From positions 1-44,903 of the IMG/VR virus record IMGVR_UViG_3300011438_000007: DNA of 44,903 nt. One strand, given 5' to 3'. Made by a program: the position numbers and the translations under genes. Numbering within the stretch: position 1 is the first letter of the stretch; every line of letters starts with the position of its first letter. The notes beneath the pieces are model-generated. The model was not told where the DNA came from. It ran no database searches and saw nothing but the letters and a program-made list of their open reading frames with translations. The stretch is from a virus. Lineage: Duplodnaviria > Caudoviricetes. This document shows, piece after piece, positions 18,558 through 26,723 of the stretch.

Positions 18558-18589
18558 CTGAGTACTTTAATCTCTTTCCCCGAAGGGGG

Positions 18590-19150
18590 TTAGCTCTCCT
18601 TTTTAATTTGAAGTTTCATGACCATGTCACGGGCTGTTGCGAAATCGCATCCCAAAGTTCGCTGGATCTTTTTGATCCCCTTGAATACCATCTTGTCGAT
18701 GGGATCAATTCCCGCCGTGACGGGATTCTTGATCTCATCGCCCTGATTATCAATGTGGATCTTTCCGTTGATCTTGGCGCTCTTCTTGGCTCGAATGTTT
18801 TCTGTGTTCTCTTTTAGTTTGAGTAGATCCGTTTCGACTTCAATTTTAATTTTAGTTTTGGACAATTCTCTCGCGAGTCTAGAAAAAAGTGCGAGATGTG
18901 TTTGACACGTATCAATCCATGAAATGGCATCTTCTAGCGTACAACCTTCGAATCGGCTCCGCTGAACTTCCAGGAAATCTTTAATTTCGTGCCCGTCTGC
19001 GGTGGGGATGTATGTTCCCGAAGGTGGAGCATTTACCATCACGAAACAAGTGCGGAACTGATTTGATAAGTTCTGGAGTTGGTTCAAATCGTTTTGGGCC
19101 TCTGCTAGAGAGGCCCGTGCAGTGTCGAGTGAATTTGTTAGTTCGCCCAT
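18590..19150 (-). CDS. hypothetical coiled-coil protein
   Basis: Probable start MGELTNS at 19150, overlapping the upstream stop. Confidence 0.6.
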   Translation of the reverse strand: MGELTNSLDTARASLAEAQNDLNQLQNLSNQFRTCFVMVNAPPSGTYIPTADGHEIKDFLEVQRSRFEGCTLEDAISWIDTCQTHLALFSRLARELSKTKIKIEVETDLLKLKENTENIRAKKSAKINGKIHIDNQGDEIKNPVTAGIDPIDKMVFKGIKKIQRTLGCDFATARDMVMKLQIKKES

Positions 19151-19416
19151 TATCGTATGCTCTTTATCTTTGCGTAGGCTTTCATGGTGTAGCCAAGTGG
19201 AGATGTCTTGAGCGCGGCCCACAACCGATCCTCGGTTACATATTCTCCATCAAGAATTGCTTGATGATACTCCTTAGCATATTCATCACCCGATGTGAGA
19301 ATATCATCTAACATTTGAATGATGTCGGTTTCATCAATGTGCATGATGTGGTTTGCGCCATTGAAGGTGAATGCTATGTAGCAAGTGTTAGTTTTTGACA
19401 TTTGTTCTTTCGTCAT
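19150..19416 (-). CDS. hypothetical protein
   Basis: Coupled ORF in the operon. Confidence 0.6.
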   Translation of the reverse strand: MTKEQMSKTNTCYIAFTFNGANHIMHIDETDIIQMLDDILTSGDEYAKEYHQAILDGEYVTEDRLWAALKTSPLGYTMKAYAKIKSIR

Positions 19417-19417
19417 T

Positions 19418-19756
19418 TTATTTAAACATCCGTTCGAGTTCGTTCATGCTCATCGTTTCACGTTCGTGAGATCTTCCTGCCTCGAACATAAGAAGCGTAA
19501 GCATAACTACCGGATCAATGTCGAGATACTTTGCGAGTTTAGTTGATAGGCCCGTCACGGTGTCGATCATGCCGATCATTTTACGCGCTACTTGCGGCGT
19601 GACGTTTCCATCGGCGCATCCATATAGAGCGTGATCGTCCAGAACTTCTACGCATCGCTTTGGGTCAGCCAAGAGTTTCGTTGCGGCGGTCATGAAAGGC
19701 GAGCCGAATTGTTCGAGGACTATATCTAGTTCTCGATTTAGCTTTTTTTGTTCCAT
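19418..19756 (-). CDS. hypothetical protein, first gene of the middle operon
   Basis: GGAG RBS; downstream of the promoter at 19860. Confidence 0.65.
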   Translation of the reverse strand: MEQKKLNRELDIVLEQFGSPFMTAATKLLADPKRCVEVLDDHALYGCADGNVTPQVARKMIGMIDTVTGLSTKLAKYLDIDPVVMLTLLMFEAGRSHERETMSMNELERMFK

Positions 19757-19831
19757 AGTGTTTTCTCCGGTATTTTGGTGGTCTCTAGCTCTGGCCGCCC
19801 TGAGTCCGTGTTTCGGGGGCGGTATGAAGGT

Positions 19832-19860
19832 AGTATAGGGGCAGTTTGGGGGGTAGTCAA
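19832..19860 (-). promoter_or_regulatory. sigma70-type promoter of the replication operon
   Basis: TTGACT-17 bp-TATACT on the minus strand. Confidence 0.75.
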
Positions 19861-19996
19861 GAGGAAAGTTAAAAAAGTTAAAATGTCTGGGGTCATGGGG
19901 TTAGCTCTCTTCGCGAAGCTAACTCCCTCCCTACCCCGAAGGGGGGTGTCTGGATGGGCTGTTTATGAAAGAAGCTTCATGTGGGGGAGGAGGAGA

Positions 19997-20530
19997 GCTA
20001 AGTCCTTTAGAATCAAGGGGGTGTCCGCCATAGGTTTAGAAATTATTAAAAAAAAATAATATATGTAAACAGCCAATTATGAAGTCCTATACTTAATTCC
20101 CGCTAAGTCCTTGATTCTAAAGCACTTACGCCAGATTAAGCCATTTTCACTATACAGGGGTAGGGGGGGGGGGGTCTTTACCTGGGGAGGGAGTTCAAAA
20201 TTTGAGATAGTCTAAGTTGCTGATTTTAAAACTAGATGAGTTAAAATGAGATGCTACTGAACTACTCCGTGAACCACCTATTTTTCACCTCGAAACCGGG
20301 GTAGAGTGTACTTCTGACACTAAGGTCGAAACTGTTCTTGTGTCCGACATCTTATATGATAGGGCGCTTTGGGGCGCTAAGGGGCCGCCACGCTTCTGAT
20401 CGGCGTGGGGTGTCTCGGTGTATCCTCCGAAAAGCGGCCCGTTTTAGTCGCTTTTGAGGGTAGTTGCGTGGGCCGTAACTCTAGCATTCTAAGGGGGTTA
20501 GCGTAAGCCCTTTGGAATCATGGGGATGGC
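19997..20530. repeat. dispersed ~28-bp imperfect palindromes (consensus about GYTAAGYCCTTTAGAATCAAGGRSTTAGC)
   Basis: Copies at 19997, 20102 (inverted), 20212 (degenerate), 20475 (inverted) and 20503. Confidence 0.7.
20157..20192 (+). other. G-tract cluster including G12
   Basis: GGGGTA-G12-TCTTTACCTGGGGAGGGA. Confidence 0.8.
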
Positions 20531-20642
20531 GGGGCCTGAAAACAGAATTTTCAGTGATTTTAACTATAGACGTGGGTTTTAGTTTGGATCAGCGAGTAGC
20601 TGTGAATGAGTTAAAAAAGTTAGAAATACTTCTCGAAGGGAC

Positions 20643-20671
20643 TTGCATTTCATGTCGAGTCGTTGTAGGAT
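20643..20671 (+). promoter_or_regulatory. sigma70-type promoter for the isolated plus-strand gene
   Basis: TTGCAT-17 bp-TAGGAT. Confidence 0.6.
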
Positions 20672-20809
20672 GGTCATGTAAGCAAATTCAAACCCGTGAA
20701 GCGGGACTGGCAGAGTAGACGGGGCGTTAACAGGGCCGTTCTAACGAGGGGCTAACAAACGACGCAAAGCTGCTCTGCCAGTATTAAAGAAAAGAAAGAA
20801 GGATATAAG

Positions 20810-21274
20810 ATGGCCGCTGCTACAGTTAACCCCGTAGGGGTTGAGAAGCTCCAGAAGGTTTATAAGTATTTCGACCTGTCCAACCTGACTCAAAAGACCA
20901 AAGAGGTTACGGCGGATTTTACGCCCGCTGCAAGCGTTGAGGAAGGTTCGGCGCGACTCGCTGATGAGAAGTTGCTTTTGGGTGCGATCAATGATCGGCT
21001 TCGTAAACTCACTCTTGCTCAGGAGAGGAAGAAGGTTGTTTCTGAAGGCGCTAGCAAAACCGCAGTATTGAAGCTCGCAGCTGGATTCCGTCAAGTGTTG
21101 CCTTTCTCGGCGATGCTCGAAACCGGAGCGAACGGAAAGCCCACGCGTGAGTCGAAGGTAAAACAGACTCGTGCGATTCTTGATGCGTTTCTCACCATGC
21201 CGTTCATTCTTGAATCGCTGAAGGCGACGAGCGCGGTCGATGACGATGATGATGAGGAAGGTGACGACGAATAG
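20810..21274 (+). CDS. hypothetical protein with highly acidic C-terminal tail
   Basis: AAGGA RBS; ends DDDDDEEGDDE; has its own promoter and terminator. Confidence 0.8.
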   Translation: MAAATVNPVGVEKLQKVYKYFDLSNLTQKTKEVTADFTPAASVEEGSARLADEKLLLGAINDRLRKLTLAQERKKVVSEGASKTAVLKLAAGFRQVLPFSAMLETGANGKPTRESKVKQTRAILDAFLTMPFILESLKATSAVDDDDDEEGDDE

Positions 21275-21375
21275 TTAGCGCGTCCATAAGTAGTTAGCGG
21301 GAACTACTCTAAAATAATCCCGCTCTCGAATTAAAAATCTATTCATAAATCAGATTCATAAACTAAAAACTAAAT

Positions 21376-21424
21376 ACTCTCTCGGCTCTCGCTCACCGGC
21401 GAAGCCGGGAGAGTTTTTTATTTT
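21376..21424 (+). terminator. intrinsic terminator
   Basis: ACTCTCTCGGCT...AGCCGGGAGAGT followed by TTTTATTTT. Confidence 0.7.
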
Positions 21425-21635
21425 AGATTTTAGAATTCAACGAGCGGAGCGAATTAAAATACTAGACGTGTTGTTTCGCGTAGGAAAGATCCGAGCGGAG
21501 CGAGGTGTAGGGATACTCGAAAGATGAGTTGACGCGTCTCAGGGCAAGTGTGCGCGATTTAAAATAGTTTGGCATGAGATTAGTTTAGCTTGCCGACGAG
21601 CGAAGTGAGTCGATACGGAGTGTATTTAAATTGAG

Positions 21636-21662
21636 TAAAAGAAAACCCCGCTAGGGGTTTAA
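21636..21662 (-). terminator. intrinsic terminator of the early operon
   Basis: Minus strand AAACCCCTAGCGGGG-TTTTCTTTT at the stop of 21659..21871. Confidence 0.65.
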
Positions 21663-21811
21663 AATTCTAGTTCTTCCTGTTCGTATGTTTCGTACGGTTC
21701 ACGCGGGTCAGGCGTGATTTGTTCATGGAGTGTAACGAGTGTACAAGATTCGCATAGCGTCGAAAGCGCTGGCATCCCACACGTGTAGCAGCAATATTCT
21801 AGAGAGTTCAT
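21659..21811 (-). CDS. small zinc-finger protein
   Basis: MNSLEYCCYTCG...CESC; ATG overlaps the upstream TGA. Confidence 0.5.
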   Translation of the reverse strand: MNSLEYCCYTCGMPALSTLCESCTLVTLHEQITPDPREPYETYEQEELEF

Positions 21812-22584
21812 TGGATCTTTCCTTCCCCGTCTTGCAGTTTGTTTTTCATAGAGTCTATCCACTTCTCGCACGAAGTGAGTGTACGGAAATGCGCCATTTC
21901 GTCGTATCGGCCTGAGATTACAACATCACCGGGGAGTGTGATTCCGTAGTTTCTGCCTACACCTTCTGTGTGTAGGAAATGATGAATCAGGTTGAACTCA
22001 CACGTTCTAAGGAACGATGCGTCGCAACATACTGCCGCGAGAGCCGTGACGTTTAAATAATCTGTGGAGCGCTTGGCTAGGATACGAGATTCGTATTTTT
22101 GCCCTGCTACTGTATTGTCCCATCCAAGCCACAACTCAACTCTGTTTCCCTTCGACTCTAAGGAATCTATCAATGAGAGAATCGCCGCGCCACGAATGTA
22201 TAGCGCGTCATCATCTGAATCGACGTGAACTTCTGGGCTAAAAACCACTCGGATGTCTTTTCCCTTGCGTGGAACGATGCGAGAGAAGCACTCAGGAACT
22301 CCTGAGAGGTACGTAGCAACGTCCAGTGAGCCACCAGACACGTCCATTGTACGAGTACGAGTGTTGATGAACTCTGACGTGTTTAGTTGCGTAGTAAAGT
22401 TCTGGATGCGTTTCAGGATCGAGGGATCTGGGAGTCGCATCTTTCGAGTGTTAGGTTTTCCATGCGGGGCATAGGAAAGTTCGTCGCAATCTGTGAGGTA
22501 GGATTCTAGCGAAGCCCACGTCACAATGCACGAGTTCGCGCATAGTGGCTTTTGAGGATGTTTTTCTTTTGTGATGTATTTCAT
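21808..22584 (-). CDS. VWA-like partner of the MoxR ATPase
   Basis: GGSLDVATYLSGVPECF, RGAAILSLIDSLE..G.RVEL; adjacent to the AAA gene. Confidence 0.6.
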   Translation of the reverse strand: MKYITKEKHPQKPLCANSCIVTWASLESYLTDCDELSYAPHGKPNTRKMRLPDPSILKRIQNFTTQLNTSEFINTRTRTMDVSGGSLDVATYLSGVPECFSRIVPRKGKDIRVVFSPEVHVDSDDDALYIRGAAILSLIDSLESKGNRVELWLGWDNTVAGQKYESRILAKRSTDYLNVTALAAVCCDASFLRTCEFNLIHHFLHTEGVGRNYGITLPGDVVISGRYDEMAHFRTLTSCEKWIDSMKNKLQDGEGKIQ

Positions 22585-22597
22585 GGTTTGCTCTTTT

Positions 22598-23758
22598 CTA
22601 GAAAGTTAAGGGGCATAGTTTCAGGAGTGTTTCGCGTTGCGCGTATTGCTTGAAGATAGCCATTTCCGCAGACTGCGAAGCGGAGAATCCGAGAGAAAGG
22701 AGTTTCACGAGTTTCAGCATCCCTCGCATTGAGACCACGAGTTCATGACCCTTGATTCCCTCGATTGGTTCGACGATCTTACGGAGGTCATGCGCCCATC
22801 TGACCACTCGTTCTGTTTTTGGTCCGGGCGCAATCTTCAGGCACAAGTTCAATTCGAGTTCCGGGTCGTATTTCCAGTCAATCATTACGAATCGTTCGAT
22901 GGCCGCTGCATCTTGACGTTGTCGGCCAGGGAACATCGAATTAGGCCCACGTAGAAAAGTGTTGCCATTGCCTATCGCAATGAAGTTCGCGTGGCGTGTG
23001 ACCTTCTGGTATTCCTCATCTTTTGTACGTCCAGCGAAGTAGGTTTCGCCATTGTCCAAAAGATTGTTCATGAGTGTAAACACGTTCGTGTTGCTGTTAT
23101 CGAGTTCAGCAATGTCCAGAACTCCGCCATGCTTGTAGAATTTGTACAGGATCTTTCCGACGTAGTTCCCATCTGCGTTTTGATATCCGAATACCTCTGA
23201 TGGCATCGTGGCATCGCTCAGGGCAATGTAAGCGTAGTCTAGGCCCAATGATTCCGCAGCTTTCTTGATCGCGTAGGACTTTCCGGCACCTGGCGAACCA
23301 CCTAAGTAACAATCCATTCTGGCGTCGATCAAGCGGAGCAAATCAGGATATTGAATGTGGTGGTCGCGTTTGATTCCCGTTGCGCTTGTGGTGATCGTTT
23401 TGAAGTCGGGGTGGGGTTCGACGGGTTTCTCTTCTTTGTATTCTTCGTATGGTTTGGGAGTTTCGACAGGTTCTGATTTTGGCTCAGGTTTGGGAGTTGC
23501 GTTTGCGTCTTGGGGATTCTGATTTGTCGAAGGTTTGTCTTTTCCGTTGAAGTTCGCGCAATCGTAGTGGCGCCAGACATGGCCGATTATTGGAGTGTAG
23601 GTGCCAGTGTAGCGTCCTAATCTTTCCTTTGTAGGGCTGAACGTCCAATTCAGTGATCCACGTTCGATAGGCGTGTCACACAAGGGGCAAATCGGAATTG
23701 CCGTCACGGGTACATATTTTGTCGGATTGAATGGTGTAGTTGGTTTGATGTTTGGCAT
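22598..23758 (-). CDS. MoxR/CbbQ/CobS-like AAA+ ATPase
   Basis: GSPGAGKS, GGVLDIAELDN, H.NF.AIGNGNT, QDAAAIERF and VSMR; N-terminal CPLC and P/E/K-rich linker. Confidence 0.85.
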   Translation of the reverse strand: MPNIKPTTPFNPTKYVPVTAIPICPLCDTPIERGSLNWTFSPTKERLGRYTGTYTPIIGHVWRHYDCANFNGKDKPSTNQNPQDANATPKPEPKSEPVETPKPYEEYKEEKPVEPHPDFKTITTSATGIKRDHHIQYPDLLRLIDARMDCYLGGSPGAGKSYAIKKAAESLGLDYAYIALSDATMPSEVFGYQNADGNYVGKILYKFYKHGGVLDIAELDNSNTNVFTLMNNLLDNGETYFAGRTKDEEYQKVTRHANFIAIGNGNTFLRGPNSMFPGRQRQDAAAIERFVMIDWKYDPELELNLCLKIAPGPKTERVVRWAHDLRKIVEPIEGIKGHELVVSMRGMLKLVKLLSLGFSASQSAEMAIFKQYAQRETLLKLCPLTF

Positions 23759-23793
23759 TTGGTTTTCCTGGTTTGGATTTTCTCGGACAATCC

Positions 23794-23821
23794 ATTATGG
23801 GTATGCTTATCGACCTGTCAA
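23794..23821 (-). promoter_or_regulatory. sigma70-type early promoter
   Basis: TTGACA-16 bp-CATAAT upstream of an AGGA RBS and ATG 23758. Confidence 0.7.
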
Positions 23822-24189
23822 GCCCATTCTTAATTAAACTTAACATTTTCTAAAGTTAATCTAAAATCTAAAAGCGCTTTAGTATGCAAAGTTCGAACGC
23901 ATCATTGTATATGCACGTTCGCGGAAAACCTGAGCGCGGCCCGATTTGAACATGGGCCGCATTTGCGTCAGGATGCGATATGCGCGTTTAATTTTTAGAA
24001 CGTCCGTCACTGCCTCCAAAAAGACTTGTGAGATCCTGGGGCATTTTACTATTTGGTTAATTAAGTGGTTTTACTTATATCCTCAGCTTGTGAATATCAG
24101 CGTTACTTCTATTGATGTACGCGCTTACACTTATATCTTGGGCATTGCGTTATCCATTATTCTAATGTTGATGATGTTCACATGTGTTA

Positions 24190-24291
24190 GAGTACTTTGT
24201 ATCATGAAGTGCTTTGTGTTATAGTGTACTTTGTGGTTTAAAGTGCTTTGTGTTATGAAGTGCTTTGTGTTTTAAAGTACTTTGCGGCCCC
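24190..24291. repeat. six tandem 17-bp repeats, core (A/G)(A/T)GT(A/G)CTTTG
   Basis: Units start at 24190, 24207, 24224, 24241, 24258 and 24275. Confidence 0.9.
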
Positions 24292-24578
24292 ACCCGATCC
24301 CCCAACCCCCGGCCCTGGCGTACTTTATACTTATGTAGTGACCCCACTAAAGAAAAATAGACCCCGCTAAAGAAAAACTGAAAACTAGAAATAAATAACT
24401 TCAAAGCAGAATAAAAAATAAAAAATAAAATGAGATGCGTAAGCGGCCACCCCCCGCTACGCGGTCGTATCCTTATGTATATGCGCGTCACAGCGCGAGA
24501 GCGGCCAACGCGACACCGGAGGGGCGTGTATACGTTACAAAAAGTCTCTAACCCAATGATAACACGCCACATCTAGGG

Positions 24579-24607
24579 TTGACGCTACGCGGGAATGGTG
24601 TTACAAT
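24579..24607 (+). promoter_or_regulatory. sigma70-type promoter (extended -10) of the late arm
   Basis: TTGACG-17 bp-TACAAT, with TGn before the -10. Confidence 0.75.
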
Positions 24608-24829
24608 CGCTTCAACGCCTACGCGGAGTCTCGAAAAGGCTAGCGAGACAACGCCATATCCGCGATGCGTGGGCCGCGCCCGGCTCCGACCACCCGACGC
24701 GGCCACCATTTAATAAAATGTCATCACAAGAAAATAATGAAATCCGCGAAGCGGAACGAGAACTCGAACGCCTCATAAATAATCCATTGAAGCATTTCAT
24801 GGATGCTATAAATAATGCAGGAGGAAGTA

Positions 24830-25273
24830 ATGATCCTGAAACCCCCGAAGGAACAGCACAAATCTGCTCTTGAAGTAATTGAGCGAGAATTACCGAAACC
24901 TGTTGTAAAGCGCAAACTAGAAGATCCAGCGATTCGCGCGCTACGTGAAGCCTCCATCCTCCCAAAAAGAGAACTAGTTCTAATAGATAGAACAGATGGA
25001 GATGAAGTAACTCCTGCTGAAGCAGCGAGACGCGCATTTGAAGACCAAGGACTCAGCTTTGCATTTATCGCAATGGAAGTAAATGAGATCATTAGAAATA
25101 GTGATCCAGTTATTAAGATGAAAGCAATTGAGTTCGCCACAAAGATTCTAGCGAACAATGTCTCAGGACGTGACGAATCTCCATTACCTCAACCTGTCGT
25201 GAACATCAACATTATGGCCCACACTAAAAGCGGTGGGAATAAGAACGCATTTGATATATTAATTCCTGAATAG
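24830..25273 (+). CDS. terS: putative terminase small subunit
   Basis: GGAGG RBS before ATG 24830. Helical core with a PVVNINI beta tail, upstream of terL. The call is positional. Confidence 0.5.
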   Translation: MILKPPKEQHKSALEVIERELPKPVVKRKLEDPAIRALREASILPKRELVLIDRTDGDEVTPAEAARRAFEDQGLSFAFIAMEVNEIIRNSDPVIKMKAIEFATKILANNVSGRDESPLPQPVVNINIMAHTKSGGNKNAFDILIPE

Positions 25274-25282
25274 ATATAAAGC

Positions 25283-25534
25283 ATGGAACAGCAAATACCA
25301 ACATCATCTAGACTTTTCACCCTACATTATCGCCAGGGCGCGGTAATGAAACAAAAGAACTTCCCCTACACTGGGAATCTGAAGCAAGCAATGGACCGCG
25401 CACGGGAACATTGTAAAGTGATGGGAATCCGATTCGTCCTAGTGAATCCACTCATTGTGGATTTGGAATACCAGGAAAAGATTAAAAAAGAAAAGGGTTT
25501 CTATGAGGAAAATGAGCATGGGGAAGTCGAATAA
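25283..25534 (+). CDS. hypothetical protein
   Basis: 83-aa ORF in the operon. Confidence 0.65.
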   Translation: MEQQIPTSSRLFTLHYRQGAVMKQKNFPYTGNLKQAMDRAREHCKVMGIRFVLVNPLIVDLEYQEKIKKEKGFYEENEHGEVE

Positions 25535-25537
25535 CTC

Positions 25538-25975
25538 ATGAACTTATCCCGCTTCGGATTCTTCACGGTGTTGGCCGCGCTAGCCTCCCGACTTTTCGGC
25601 CAAACTCGTACTGATCCAGATCAAATCCGTTATTCTCCTGGCCCCGCGTTGCAAGGCATAAACGCATCAGGAAATTCCACCCAAGTTGGTCTTGGCCCCA
25701 CCTTAGTTTTCACAAATCAATCCGGCGTCACAATTCTTGACGTATCCCCCAACATTTCCTCGGCGCGGCCCGACACGCAGCAACTCACTCTAGAACCTGA
25801 TAATTTGTCATGGAAAGTTCCAGTTCCAATTACAAAACCTCAGATCTACAGAAACGGGTTGAGAATGCTCCTCACAAAAGACTACACGCTCGAATCTGGT
25901 GCCAGCGGAGCGCAGGTAGTGCGGCCCACACCTTCTCAGAAGATGAAAATCACTGACGACTGGTACGCTTGCTAA
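25538..25975 (+). CDS. putative exported protein
   Basis: Signal-peptide-like MNLSRFGFFTVLAALASRLFGQ; IYRNGLR....DYT motif. Confidence 0.6.
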   Translation: MNLSRFGFFTVLAALASRLFGQTRTDPDQIRYSPGPALQGINASGNSTQVGLGPTLVFTNQSGVTILDVSPNISSARPDTQQLTLEPDNLSWKVPVPITKPQIYRNGLRMLLTKDYTLESGASGAQVVRPTPSQKMKITDDWYAC

Positions 25976-25996
25976 TGAATTACGTGCTAATGATTT

Positions 25997-26365
25997 ATGC
26001 AATGCCTAGAACCAGAATGCTTTACTCGCATTGATGGTGAACAAGTTGGAGTAAACGAGGGATGCACAAGATTAGATCCATCCCAAGTCCAAACTCCCTG
26101 GGCACTGCGTGTAGATGGACAAGAAATTCCAACCGCGCAATGCATTCCAACAGATTCAAGAATTATAGATAACCTGATTTTAACAGACAAAACAGTAAGC
26201 GATATATTAACCGATCCCACGGTGGTTTCAGAATATATCGTGAAAGATAGGACAGTAGTAGTTCTTCCGGCAGAACAAGTAAGTTCCGAGGGAACCAGAA
26301 TAGATTTATATCAGGTGATGGGAATAATGTATCCACTCACTGATAAGAAACTTAACTGTGAATAA
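25997..26365 (+). CDS. hypothetical protein
   Basis: 122-aa ORF in the operon orientation. Confidence 0.5.
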   Translation: MQCLEPECFTRIDGEQVGVNEGCTRLDPSQVQTPWALRVDGQEIPTAQCIPTDSRIIDNLILTDKTVSDILTDPTVVSEYIVKDRTVVVLPAEQVSSEGTRIDLYQVMGIMYPLTDKKLNCE

Positions 26366-26527
26366 CCCCTTCGGGGAAGAGTTTAAGTTTTGTTACTTGG
26401 CGGGGGCTTTAAGTAACAAATAGGGCCGCGGCGCATCGTCAAATTCTAATCTCCTGGTGATGTTCGCGGCCCCCGAAACTCCCGGCGCAGCCGGCCAACT
26501 TATCATATTTAGCTAAGGTCTTCACCA

Positions 26528-26722
26528 ATGAAAATTAATATTGAAGTTAAATTATACGACGAACAAAGATTTAGTGAGTACGAAGCTACTCGACTACTTC
26601 TAGACGCTGTATCAAATGTAATCAATAATAGGTTTAAAGGATTTTATAAGTTAACCTGTAGGCCAGAGCGGGCCGCGCCACCACCTTTGATAGAAGAGCC
26701 ATTTAGGTATCTCCCCTTTTAG
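26528..26722 (+). CDS. hypothetical protein
   Basis: 64-aa ORF abutting terL. Confidence 0.5.
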   Translation: MKINIEVKLYDEQRFSEYEATRLLLDAVSNVINNRFKGFYKLTCRPERAAPPPLIEEPFRYLPF

Positions 26723-26723
26723 T

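Noticed and set aside
19748-20718. Track ORFs 19748..20059 and 20512..20718
   Set aside because: They overlap promoters and repeat motifs, have no RBS and have low-complexity translations, so they are probably non-coding.
20683-20782. c-di-GMP-I riboswitch (GACGCAAAGC at 20761)
   Set aside because: The required GGCAAAC-stem-GAAA hairpin is not immediately upstream and the P3 stem is missing. Retained only as a generic structured leader.
22598-23758. Cobalamin biosynthesis cobS auxiliary gene
   Set aside because: This is a generic MoxR-type AAA with a VWA-like partner, and there are no cob pathway genes.
24190-24291. Mini-CRISPR array (given the Cas4-like gene)
   Set aside because: Units are 17 bp in tandem with no unique 25-45-bp spacers.
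23946-24572. Track ORFs 23946..24224 and 24219..24572
   Set aside because: They run through the tandem array and A-tracts in the divergent control region. The hydrophobicity reflects base composition.
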